IMG/VR virus record: IMGVR_UViG_3300045988_062651 | Coordinates: 1-46,827 of that record | DNA length: 46,827 nucleotides | Source: a virus | Strand: one strand, 5' to 3' | Shown here: piece after piece, positions 1-6,605 of the stretch | How positions within the stretch are numbered: position 1 is the stretch's first letter | Layout: the number at the start of each line of letters is the position of its first letter | The notes under the pieces: generated by a model | The model's database searches: none | What the model saw: the letters and a program-made list of their open reading frames with translations, nothing else | What the model was told of the DNA's origin: nothing | Translations under genes and position numbers: made by a program

Positions 1-55
1 ATTTAATGCCTATCTCGAATGATTGCAAATTTTATTATGTATACGTGTCCTGATT
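1..55. repeat. Terminal overlap: nt 1-55 are identical to nt 46773-46827 (circular closure or assembler overlap)
   Basis: Direct comparison of the two contig ends gives 55/55 identical bases. Confidence 0.95.
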
Positions 56-122
56 TTTTATTTTCGGAGGAGGGCCTTGCTACATAGTAGTATTAAGGGG
101 CCAAGTCAGCCAAAAAGGGGCC

Positions 123-147
123 TAACTGGCTGATAGTCAATGACTTA
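123..147. promoter_or_regulatory. 25-bp palindromic operator, copy 1 of 7 (TAACT-N3-TGA-N3-TCA-N3-AGTTA family)
   Basis: The sequence is TAACTGGCTGATAGTCAATGACTTA. It lies in the non-coding leader upstream of the first early promoter. Confidence 0.6.
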
Positions 148-205
148 GGCCTAATTAAAAATTTTAAGACCCTAAAAAAAATTTTTTTTATATTAAAAAA
201 AGCGC

Positions 206-213
206 TATATTTG
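206..213 (+). promoter_or_regulatory. Bacteroidota-type -7 promoter element TATATTTG (early promoter 1)
   Basis: Exact match to TAnnTTTG, 65 nt upstream of the ATG at 278. The same TATATTTGT string recurs at 1837, 2380 and 4050. Confidence 0.55.
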
Positions 214-277
214 TCTTAGAGAATTAAAGCCAAGGGGCTTTATTAAAAAATTTATTAAACCTTAATTAAAAAAAATT

Positions 278-475
278 ATGAGCAGACACATTAAGTTAAA
301 TCAGGTCCAGGACCCAGAATATCCGGACCGGACCATTTCAGGCCTTCATTTGGAAGGTGGCAAAATCACTATTGAATTCCTCTCCGGGGAAGGTTCCGAT
401 ATGGTTCCTCTTGAGGGCCTGACCGCTGAACAGCTCAGGGCTTTGGTCCTGGCTATGGCCCAGACCTGCGAATAG
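278..475 (+). CDS. Hypothetical early protein (65 aa)
   Basis: ORF with an ATG start, preceded by the AACCTTAA leader motif and followed by an intrinsic terminator. Confidence 0.6.
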   Translation: MSRHIKLNQVQDPEYPDRTISGLHLEGGKITIEFLSGEGSDMVPLEGLTAEQLRALVLAMAQTCE

Positions 476-483
476 GACTTTTG

Positions 484-522
484 CCCTGGAGGGAACCCTC
501 CAAAACCCTCCGGGGTATTTTC
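484..522 (+). terminator. Intrinsic terminator after the first early gene
   Basis: The 10-bp stem CCCTGGAGGG/CCCTCCGGGG (one G-T pair) is followed by TATTTT. The internal CCCTCC allows an alternative pairing. Confidence 0.6.
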
Positions 523-637
523 CAGATTGCTCCCTTGCTTGGCAGAATGGGTGCGCAAACACTTAAAGTTTTATGCGCCATACCAAAAATTTTTAATAAA
601 CCAAGGGAACTAATTAAAGGTGCATAGGCACCAATAC

Positions 638-671
638 CCTTGCGGCCCTTGATTGCGGCCCCTTGGGTGCC
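638..671 (+). promoter_or_regulatory. GC-rich leader element, copy 1 (CCTTGCGGCCCTTGATTGCGGCCCCTTGGGTGCC)
   Basis: Near-duplicate of 1877-1908. The GGCC blocks can pair as a hairpin. It lies about 60 nt upstream of the ATG at 730. Confidence 0.45.
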
Positions 672-729
672 AAAAGTCCTGAGTAACTCAGGCAGTTATT
701 AATAAAAAACCTTAAAATTATTAAGTATT

Positions 730-1182
730 ATGGCTAAAAATCTTGCTAAGGTTGAGGACCTCCAGGAGGTTGTCACCACCACTACCAACGTTGAACTTTC
801 TAAGGCTGAAGTTGCCTCTGAAATCAGGAAACAGGCTGAGGAACTTATTGGGCATCGTGCCCGCATCGTGCCCGCAGGCACCATTGATTGGGTTGAGGGC
901 TGGGTAAAAACCACCCAGGCAGACCTCAGGCCTAAGACCCCATGCGTGCTGGTTGTTGTTGAGGGGGATGATGGTAAAATCTACCGCCGCACCTATGGCT
1001 CCAAACTTCTTGAGGTAGACTTGACCTCAGAGAAGAGAGAGGCCAAGTCAAGGGTACACGTACCTGAAACCCTCGAGGAGCTTGAGGAAGCCCTTAAGAA
1101 AGCCCAGGCCCAGCTTGAGAGTGCCACCAATAAGGTGAACCTCTTGACCAGAGCCCTCGAGGAAGCCAAGAAGAACCAGTAA
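730..1182 (+). CDS. Hypothetical early protein (150 aa), paralogue of 4109-5089, with a C-terminal coiled coil
   Basis: It shares the motif GHRARIVPAGTIDWVEGWV with GHRCKLVPVGTIEWEEGTV in 4109-5089. It has the conserved leader AACCTTAAAATTATTAAGTATTATG. Confidence 0.75.
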   Translation: MAKNLAKVEDLQEVVTTTTNVELSKAEVASEIRKQAEELIGHRARIVPAGTIDWVEGWVKTTQADLRPKTPCVLVVVEGDDGKIYRRTYGSKLLEVDLTSEKREAKSRVHVPETLEELEEALKKAQAQLESATNKVNLLTRALEEAKKNQ

Positions 1183-1185
1183 AAG

Positions 1186-1214
1186 AGAGGGGGGACTGGT
1201 TCCCCCTTCTTTTT
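1186..1214 (+). terminator. Intrinsic terminator
   Basis: Stem AGAGGGGGGA/TCCCCCTTCT, loop CTGGT, then TTTT. Confidence 0.7.
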
Positions 1215-1254
1215 GTCCTCCATAAAGAATAGAATTGTGCGGGAGCGATACCCG

Positions 1255-1515
1255 ATGGAGGACCCATTAAGTAATCTTATTAAAACAATGAAAGAGAAAG
1301 TATTTAATGCAATCCTTAGTATTGCGGTAGTAGGTCTTGGAGCTCTTATACTCCTTGCAGAAACAAGCCTCCTGATACACCATGGAGTAACACCTGAGAT
1401 GGCCCTTATAGGCAGTCTCTACACAGGGTCCCTTGGCTGGATAATCCTTGCCGCGGTCCTCACAACTACTGACTGGTTCTATGACCACGTAACTAGCAAA
1501 ATCATCAAGAAGTAA
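1255..1515 (+). CDS. Small membrane protein (86 aa from the ATG at 1255; the ORF track starts at a TTG at 1213)
   Basis: Two hydrophobic segments (AILSIAVVGLGALILL and GSLGWIILAAVL). The ATG at 1255 lies downstream of the terminator at 1186-1214. Confidence 0.6.
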   Translation: MEDPLSNLIKTMKEKVFNAILSIAVVGLGALILLAETSLLIHHGVTPEMALIGSLYTGSLGWIILAAVLTTTDWFYDHVTSKIIKK

Positions 1516-1538
1516 CCTTAAAATTATAAGCAAACATT

Positions 1539-1763
1539 ATGGAGAAGATTTTCAAACTTATCGCAGTTGTCGTCCTTAAGGTTGACAATGTGCTCTACAA
1601 AACTTTTGGACTTGTAAGTCCTTTTAGGAGACACAGCTGGGCCCTCAGTGGCAAGAGGCTCCAAAGAGACTTGGACCGCGAGCACGCCACGCGGGACTAT
1701 CTTAATTACCTCTATGGCACAAGTTACACCACTAAGCAAGCCCTTGCATTGCAAAAGGACTAA
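1539..1763 (+). CDS. Hypothetical early protein (74 aa)
   Basis: ORF with the leader AACCTTAAAATTATAAGCAAACATTATG. Confidence 0.55.
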   Translation: MEKIFKLIAVVVLKVDNVLYKTFGLVSPFRRHSWALSGKRLQRDLDREHATRDYLNYLYGTSYTTKQALALQKD

Positions 1764-1774
1764 GTGCTCCGAGA

Positions 1775-1813
1775 ACCCTAAGCCCTTATTCACAAATAAG
1801 TGCTTAGGGTTTG
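1775..1813 (+). terminator. Intrinsic terminator-like hairpin
   Basis: The 9-bp stem ACCCTAAGC/GCTTAGGGT is followed by TTGAT. Confidence 0.5.
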
Positions 1814-1836
1814 ATACAACTTATCTATATATTTAT

Positions 1837-1844
1837 TATATTTG
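1837..1844 (+). promoter_or_regulatory. -7 promoter element TATATTTG (early promoter 2)
   Basis: Exact TAnnTTTG match, 94 nt upstream of the ATG at 1938. Confidence 0.55.
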
Positions 1845-1876
1845 TATATAAGTTGAACGGGGGATAATCCCTATAT

Positions 1877-1908
1877 CCTTGGGCCCTTGAGTGCGGCCCT
1901 TGGGTACC
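1877..1908 (+). promoter_or_regulatory. GC-rich leader element, copy 2
   Basis: CCTTGGGCCCTTGAGTGCGGCCCTTGGGTACC, a near-duplicate of 638-671. Confidence 0.45.
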
Positions 1909-1937
1909 AAATAAAACCTTAAAATCATTAAAGTATT

Positions 1938-2324
1938 ATGACAAACAATTCCCTTTTTGCGGCGCTTTATCGTGGGTACTATGAAGCCGCTAATGACAAT
2001 TCAAGGGTTGCACTTTTGGAGTACTTTGTCCCGGTCATCAGCCGTTGGAATATCCAATGGGGCGATGGTACTCTGGACCCTTTCTCAAATCAGATAATCA
2101 AGTTTGTACATTCGAACGAGAAGCACTTCCTGAAGTACTTTGGAAAAGGCACAAAGCTTGTGTACGGAACTTATTCGAGGAACAATGGTGTCTACTTCAG
2201 TATTGCGGCTCTGGCCAACTTCAATTTTGACCTTCTCCCGAGCCCTGACTTTATTGTGGAGCGGTCCAATGGCCGCCAATACTACTTATATAGGCTGGAA
2301 GACTATGACACCCTAGAACCTTAA
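1938..2324 (+). CDS. Hypothetical early protein (128 aa)
   Basis: ORF with the conserved leader AACCTTAAAATCATTAAAGTATTATG. Confidence 0.7.
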   Translation: MTNNSLFAALYRGYYEAANDNSRVALLEYFVPVISRWNIQWGDGTLDPFSNQIIKFVHSNEKHFLKYFGKGTKLVYGTYSRNNGVYFSIAALANFNFDLLPSPDFIVERSNGRQYYLYRLEDYDTLEP

Positions 2325-2379
2325 TACCAAAATTATATAAAGTTGCACAAGGACTGATACAACATATAAATATAATTGC

Positions 2380-2387
2380 TATATTTG
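2380..2387 (+). promoter_or_regulatory. -7 promoter element TATATTTG (early promoter 3)
   Basis: Exact match, 22 nt upstream of the ATG at 2409. Confidence 0.55.
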
Positions 2388-2408
2388 TAGTAGTTAAATA
2401 GAAGCACA

Positions 2409-2591
2409 ATGAACCAATACGACAAACAATACTTCAAGGATGCGGTTCTTGGAACTGAGTCCAGACACACGGAGCACTGCGACGTGGAATATAACAAGGA
2501 CCTTGATGCGTATATGCTCTTCAAGAACGGCAAACTTGTCGGAGAGGCTAAGGTCCTGAACAACGAAGTATATATTACAAACCTTAAATAG
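2409..2591 (+). CDS. Hypothetical early protein (60 aa)
   Basis: ORF directly downstream of the promoter element at 2380. Confidence 0.55.
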   Translation: MNQYDKQYFKDAVLGTESRHTEHCDVEYNKDLDAYMLFKNGKLVGEAKVLNNEVYITNLK

Positions 2592-2599
2592 TCACTAAG

Positions 2600-2875
2600 A
2601 TGGAAAAGAAAACTGAAAAGCGCACCTTTAGCGCTATCGCTGCGGAGGTCATGAACCTCTGGAAAACAAAGTACTGAAAATATCTTCCTTGGTCCTTGAA
2701 GGGCGCTCTCCCTTATCTGGAAGCAATGCTTGAGTGCGACACCACCGACAAGGACGCGCGATATTACGCAGAGACCGTAGAAAGCGTGGTCATCTGCTTC
2801 CGGGCCAACATTAACAACTGGAGAGGCGCCGACGCCAAGCGCATCAAGGCGGAACTCAAAGAGATGCTCAAGTAA
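2600..2875 (+). CDS. Hypothetical early protein interrupted by an in-frame TGA at 2675-2677 (25 codons, TGA, 65 codons, TAA)
   Basis: Hand translation gives MEKKTEKRTFSAIAAEVMNLWKTKY*KYLPWSLKGALPYLEAMLECDTTDKDARYYAETVESVVICFRANINNWRGADAKRIKAELKEMLK. The leader AACCTTAAATAGTCACTAAG precedes the ATG at 2600. No other plus-strand ORF occupies this gene-sized slot. Confidence 0.5.
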
Positions 2876-2902
2876 AAAGTAATCTTAAAAACATTAAGTA
2901 AT

Positions 2903-3289
2903 ATGGAAAAAGCAAAAGAAATCGAGCTCTTACAGAGCCTCAAGGGTGACACTTATTTCGCTCGGCTTTTTGGCGACCAACAAATCGACGCCATGTGTGA
3001 GAACATTAAAAATGACTTCCCAATTGAACTTGGCTTGAATCTTTTTGAGGGTTCTTCTGTTGCTAAAGAGAATGCGGAACTGAGGAAACAACTTACTCGC
3101 CATGTAAACTGGGAAGAGTCTGTAGCAGAAGGCCTCCTCCTTAAAGCGAATGAACATATGGATGACTCGCTTGAGGGCCTCGCTGCGCGTCTTATTGGCT
3201 ATGAGAAATGTCTGGCTATCAAGCTCCACCTCGCGTTACCCCTTTCTGGAGAAGACCGTGACACTCTAGTTAAACTTTTAACAAAATAA
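2903..3289 (+). CDS. Hypothetical early protein (128 aa)
   Basis: ORF with the leader AATCTTAAAAACATTAAGTAATATG. Confidence 0.7.
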   Translation: MEKAKEIELLQSLKGDTYFARLFGDQQIDAMCENIKNDFPIELGLNLFEGSSVAKENAELRKQLTRHVNWEESVAEGLLLKANEHMDDSLEGLAARLIGYEKCLAIKLHLALPLSGEDRDTLVKLLTK

Positions 3290-3294
3290 GTATT

Positions 3295-3591
3295 ATGAAA
3301 AAGATTAGCGCAAAAAGTAAGCTCGGCCAACACTTTGTTGAGGCTTACATAAGAAGTACACGGCATACCCTTAAAGACGCCTATGTCAAACCAAGTAGCG
3401 CAAAACAGGCTGTCTTCAAACGTTGCCAGCGGCAATGCGAAGCGGAGAAGGGCGATGGCCTTAAGGTCATTAGCTTTAATTGTAACCAATTCACAGTTGC
3501 CTTTGAAGTGACTACAGCTTCTGGAGCTACCGAGCTCCGCGTAATAACCAAGCGTAATGACTATGTAATCCCTTTTGGAGACAAGATATGA
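3295..3591 (+). CDS. Hypothetical early protein (98 aa)
   Basis: ORF preceded by TAAGTATTATG. Confidence 0.65.
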   Translation: MKKISAKSKLGQHFVEAYIRSTRHTLKDAYVKPSSAKQAVFKRCQRQCEAEKGDGLKVISFNCNQFTVAFEVTTASGATELRVITKRNDYVIPFGDKI

Positions 3592-3914
3592 AAGCAAATG
3601 AACTAATGCTTGGCGACTGGGTGAAAGATAAATATAAACCCAAGCCTTATATGGTGGATAGTTGGAAGGACTTTAATAGTGCTGAAGATTTATCCCCTAT
3701 CCCGCTCACTTATGAAATCCTTAAAAAGAATGGATGGAAAGACACTGAATTTTGGTGCGAATATCAAGATGATAATATTTATATTCAGGCTTCTCTACCA
3801 TATATGCGAGGAAGAATTAACGGGATTGAGATTGAGCGCTTCCAATGCGAGTATATACACCAATACCAGCATTTACTTCGCTTGTGTGGACTTGAAAAAG
3901 AAATAAGTATATGA
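3588..3914 (+). CDS. Hypothetical early protein (108 aa)
   Basis: ORF whose start overlaps the upstream stop (ATGA), suggesting translational coupling. Confidence 0.65.
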   Translation: MKANELMLGDWVKDKYKPKPYMVDSWKDFNSAEDLSPIPLTYEILKKNGWKDTEFWCEYQDDNIYIQASLPYMRGRINGIEIERFQCEYIHQYQHLLRLCGLEKEISI

Positions 3915-4049
3915 AAGCAGTTCTTACCAAGCAATCAGGCATGAAGTCCAATACTTTCATTTTGGTAAAGATAATGAGGGAGCAAAAGCCCCTGAGAGCA
4001 AAATGAAAAATAACTTTATAAAAATAGCATAAAAGTCAAAAAAAGTTAT

Positions 4050-4057
4050 TATATTTG
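4050..4057 (+). promoter_or_regulatory. -7 promoter element TATATTTG (early promoter 4)
   Basis: Exact match, 52 nt upstream of the ATG at 4109. Confidence 0.55.
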
Positions 4058-4108
4058 TAGAAAGAAAAATTAAATTTTTTAACCTTAATTTTTAATCCTT
4101 AAAGTATT

Positions 4109-5089
4109 ATGAAACGTAATTTCAAAAAAATGTCCGACGAAGAGTTGGTTGCTCTTCAGGAAACCGCAGATGAACAGACACTTGCTGCTATCGAAGCTGA
4201 ACTTGAATCCCGTGCTACTGCAGCGGCCGAACAGGTCTCTGTAGAAGAGCAGACCGCAGACCCTTCTGAGGACGCTGAGGCCGAGACCGCCGATGGTGCT
4301 GAGCAGGACAAAGCCGCAGAGCTTGAGGAGCTTCTTGCTGAGTGCCAGAAGAATGTTGGTCACCGCTGCAAACTGGTCCCTGTTGGTACCATCGAGTGGG
4401 AAGAAGGTACGGTTGTCGGCTGTGTGAAAATCAAGCGTTCCAACACGGTTGCTTACGCAGTCAAGCTTGACAACGGTAAGCGTGTAGTGAAGAACTACAA
4501 GGCTCCTCTGTTCGAGATTCTCGATGAGGTTGTCGAGCGCGCCAAGGTTACTCGTCATGCTGGTTCACGCACCAAGGCTGAACTTTGGTCTGAGGAGCGT
4601 ATGACTGAAGAAGTTAACAAGTATATCCACAATGTTGGTCGTGCCATTGTCCTCAAGGGTGCTACTGAGGAAGAGAACGTCACTGGCCAGATTACAGGTA
4701 TCGTACCTGTTAAGCGTTCCAACTCAGTTCTCTATCGTGTAGCGGTTCCTGCTCCTACTGAGGAGGACCCTGAGGCTGTTGCCATCGTTCACAAGTCTGT
4801 TGCGAACATTGCTGCTTATGACATCATGGCTGCCACTGAGGAATCTGAGGCTTTCAACGCCAACTATATGGCCCGTCGCGAGAACATGGCCAACCGTACA
4901 CCTCTGACTGGCGCCGAGCTTGTTCTTGACCTCGAGCTTAAGCTTGAGAAAGCTAAGGAGGCCGTTAAGAAAGCTGAAGAGCGTGTCGCTACTCTGGAGA
5001 AAGCTATAGCTGAGAAGAAAGCTCAGCTTGAGGCTACCGCTGCAGAGCCTACCGCAGAAACTACTTCTGAAGAAGAGAACATGCTTTAA
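4109..5089 (+). CDS. Hypothetical early protein (326 aa): acidic N-terminus, two copies of the module shared with 730-1182, C-terminal coiled coil
   Basis: Motifs GHRCKLVPVGTIEWEEGTVVG and VGRAIVLKGATEEENVTGQITGIVPVKRSNSVLYRV. The N-terminal 70 aa are rich in E, D and A. It has the conserved leader. Confidence 0.8.
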   Translation: MKRNFKKMSDEELVALQETADEQTLAAIEAELESRATAAAEQVSVEEQTADPSEDAEAETADGAEQDKAAELEELLAECQKNVGHRCKLVPVGTIEWEEGTVVGCVKIKRSNTVAYAVKLDNGKRVVKNYKAPLFEILDEVVERAKVTRHAGSRTKAELWSEERMTEEVNKYIHNVGRAIVLKGATEEENVTGQITGIVPVKRSNSVLYRVAVPAPTEEDPEAVAIVHKSVANIAAYDIMAATEESEAFNANYMARRENMANRTPLTGAELVLDLELKLEKAKEAVKKAEERVATLEKAIAEKKAQLEATAAEPTAETTSEEENML

Positions 5090-5118
5090 TCAGTATGCAA
5101 ACGTCTAAACATAGGACA

Positions 5119-5149
5119 AGCCCTCGAGTACCCGCTCGGGGGCTTTTTG
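5119..5149 (+). terminator. Intrinsic terminator
   Basis: Stem AGCCCTCGAG/CTCGGGGGCT followed by TTTTTG. Confidence 0.7.
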
Positions 5150-5172
5150 TTTAATTATAAATCCTTAGAATT

Positions 5173-5385
5173 ATGCCATACAAAAGACCCTTATGGTACG
5201 TTGTAGACGACGGAGGCGTGTATAACGTGTTCTCCTCGGACGACTTCGATGAAGACGGACAGTATACGGTAAATCCGGAATACTCTCTCGACGACTTTGA
5301 TATTATCGCCAAATACACGACGGCGGACGCCGCTTGGAATGAAGCTGAGCGCCTGAATCAATTAAGTGAAAAAGACAGGTATTAG
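5173..5385 (+). CDS. Hypothetical acidic early protein (70 aa)
   Basis: ORF with the leader ATCCTTAGAATTATG. Confidence 0.6.
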   Translation: MPYKRPLWYVVDDGGVYNVFSSDDFDEDGQYTVNPEYSLDDFDIIAKYTTADAAWNEAERLNQLSEKDRY

Positions 5386-5387
5386 GC

Positions 5388-5519
5388 ATGAAAGCAAAAT
5401 CAAGGATAGGTTTTTTATTTGGTCCAGAATTGGCCAAAAATTTTTGGATAGTAAATTATATTCTGGATATTTTCTGGCTTGCCAGAAGAGCTGAAATATA
5501 TCTAATTTTTCAAATTTAG
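5388..5519 (+). CDS. Possible 43-aa ORF lying inside repeat element A
   Basis: ATG at 5388 and TAG at 5517. The peptide MKAKSRIGFLFGPELAKNFWIVNYILDIFWLARRAEIYLIFQI resembles a frame of element B at 34253-34347. Confidence 0.25.
   Translation: MKAKSRIGFLFGPELAKNFWIVNYILDIFWLARRAEIYLIFQI
5407..5502 (+). repeat. Dispersed ~95-nt repeat, element A (partner is element B at 34253-34347, opposite strand)
   Basis: Hand alignment of A against the reverse complement of B shows shared blocks CCAGAATTG, AAAAATTT, TGGATAGT, AATTATATT, GCCAGAAGAGC and AAATATATC. Confidence 0.7.
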
Positions 5520-5573
5520 AACTTATTCATCAGTCCATTTTCCTCATTTCGAAATTTACCCTTAAGATATAAT

Positions 5574-6110
5574 ATGTTTGAGACTTTTCAGTTATCTAAT
5601 GACGCTTTCTATTACCTCAAAAATGGAGAGGAACCGCTCGTTGATGAGGCGCTGGATGAAGCACTTGTAGTTGAGGCCCTATATCCAGACGGGTTTACAA
5701 TACTTGACTTCAAACCACTTGGTAATACGGGCTACATTGAAGCGCGAATAGGCCCTAAGATAGTAATGCCGGCCAAAGCTTTGCAGCCTGCCATTAAGCC
5801 TATAACTCAAAGGTGCCAAGAGCTTGGTTATAATGCTGAGACCGTAGAGCGTAACCGCAAAGAGTATGCTGACTCAGATGAAGTGCAAATGCTTTCAAAT
5901 GTATGCCGCTTAGAAATTGTTTGGCTTAATGCTGGGCGCACACAACTAAGGGTTTACTGGAACCGGCTTGACTTGGGCCAAAGAACAGTATTCGGTGAGT
6001 TTCCTGTTTGGTCAACGCCTAAAGGCCTTAAGTATTTTCAGGGAACAAATCCTAATGGCACATTTTACAGATTTTATTTGAAGCATTTTAATAAAGTAGT
6101 TAAATCATGA
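5574..6110 (+). CDS. Hypothetical protein (178 aa)
   Basis: Long ORF with the leader ACCCTTAAGATATAATATG. Confidence 0.7.
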   Translation: MFETFQLSNDAFYYLKNGEEPLVDEALDEALVVEALYPDGFTILDFKPLGNTGYIEARIGPKIVMPAKALQPAIKPITQRCQELGYNAETVERNRKEYADSDEVQMLSNVCRLEIVWLNAGRTQLRVYWNRLDLGQRTVFGEFPVWSTPKGLKYFQGTNPNGTFYRFYLKHFNKVVKS

Positions 6111-6544
6111 CACTTGCAGAACTTATTGAACAATGCGTACGAGTCGAAGGACAAGTGACCGCCGCGCACATTCCTATGGTCAATGCAGATGGAAGTCCCT
6201 TCGAAGTGGAAAATCTTAGCATTGTTACCCGAGAAGATGGTACATTATATGTGGCAGTCCAAGGTCCTGAGAGCCTTCAGCCCGGAACCTACGCAATTCC
6301 TGAAGATTGTACTTTCAAGTACGCTAATCGTCAGATTATTGTGGTTCCTAAAAAAGTCAAAGATACAAGCGTTTTACGGTGCGGTACTTGTAAGCACATC
6401 AAGACCGGAAACAAATGCTGTAAGGGCCAATACTGGGAAACACAGTATTGCGAACTTAAACCAAAAACTATTGGCGGTAAAGCCGAGTATTTTTATCATG
6501 TAAGTCCGAGCGCCAAAGCTTGTGATAAATACGAGGAAGCTTAG
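6107..6544 (+). CDS. Hypothetical Cys-rich protein (145 aa)
   Basis: ATGA overlap with the upstream gene. Contains the cysteine cluster CGTCKHIKTGNKCCKGQYWETQYC. Confidence 0.65.
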   Translation: MTLAELIEQCVRVEGQVTAAHIPMVNADGSPFEVENLSIVTREDGTLYVAVQGPESLQPGTYAIPEDCTFKYANRQIIVVPKKVKDTSVLRCGTCKHIKTGNKCCKGQYWETQYCELKPKTIGGKAEYFYHVSPSAKACDKYEEA

Positions 6545-6553
6545 CTCCGTCAA

Positions 6554-6605
6554 TATATAAAGTAAAACCTCCTGACAAGATTGCCAGGAGGTTTTACTTT
6601 ATATA
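6554..6605. terminator. Bidirectional terminator at the convergence of the early (+) and middle (-) transcription units
   Basis: Perfect 21-bp inverted repeat TATATAAAGTAAAACCTCCTG / CAGGAGGTTTTACTTTATATA with a 10-nt loop. Confidence 0.75.

Noticed and set aside
1-55. The 55-nt terminal repeat as the physical direct terminal repeat of the virion DNA.
   Set aside because: Its length equals a common assembler k-mer overlap, and it falls in the middle of a 49-bp tandem repeat unit rather than at a recognisable end structure. It is treated as circular closure pending read-level analysis.
338-562. Minus-strand ORFs 338-562 and 346-558, opposite the first early gene and its terminator.
   Set aside because: They are antisense to a plus-strand gene that has a promoter, leader motif and terminator. 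They span the terminator hairpin and no minus-strand promoter is nearby.
2675-2677. Selenocysteine insertion at the in-frame TGA.
   Set aside because: There is no convincing SECIS-type hairpin in the 40 nt downstream (only a 4-bp CCTT/AAGG pairing). No selA, selB or selC-like genes are present, and a phage early protein is an unlikely selenoprotein. It cannot be excluded without host data.
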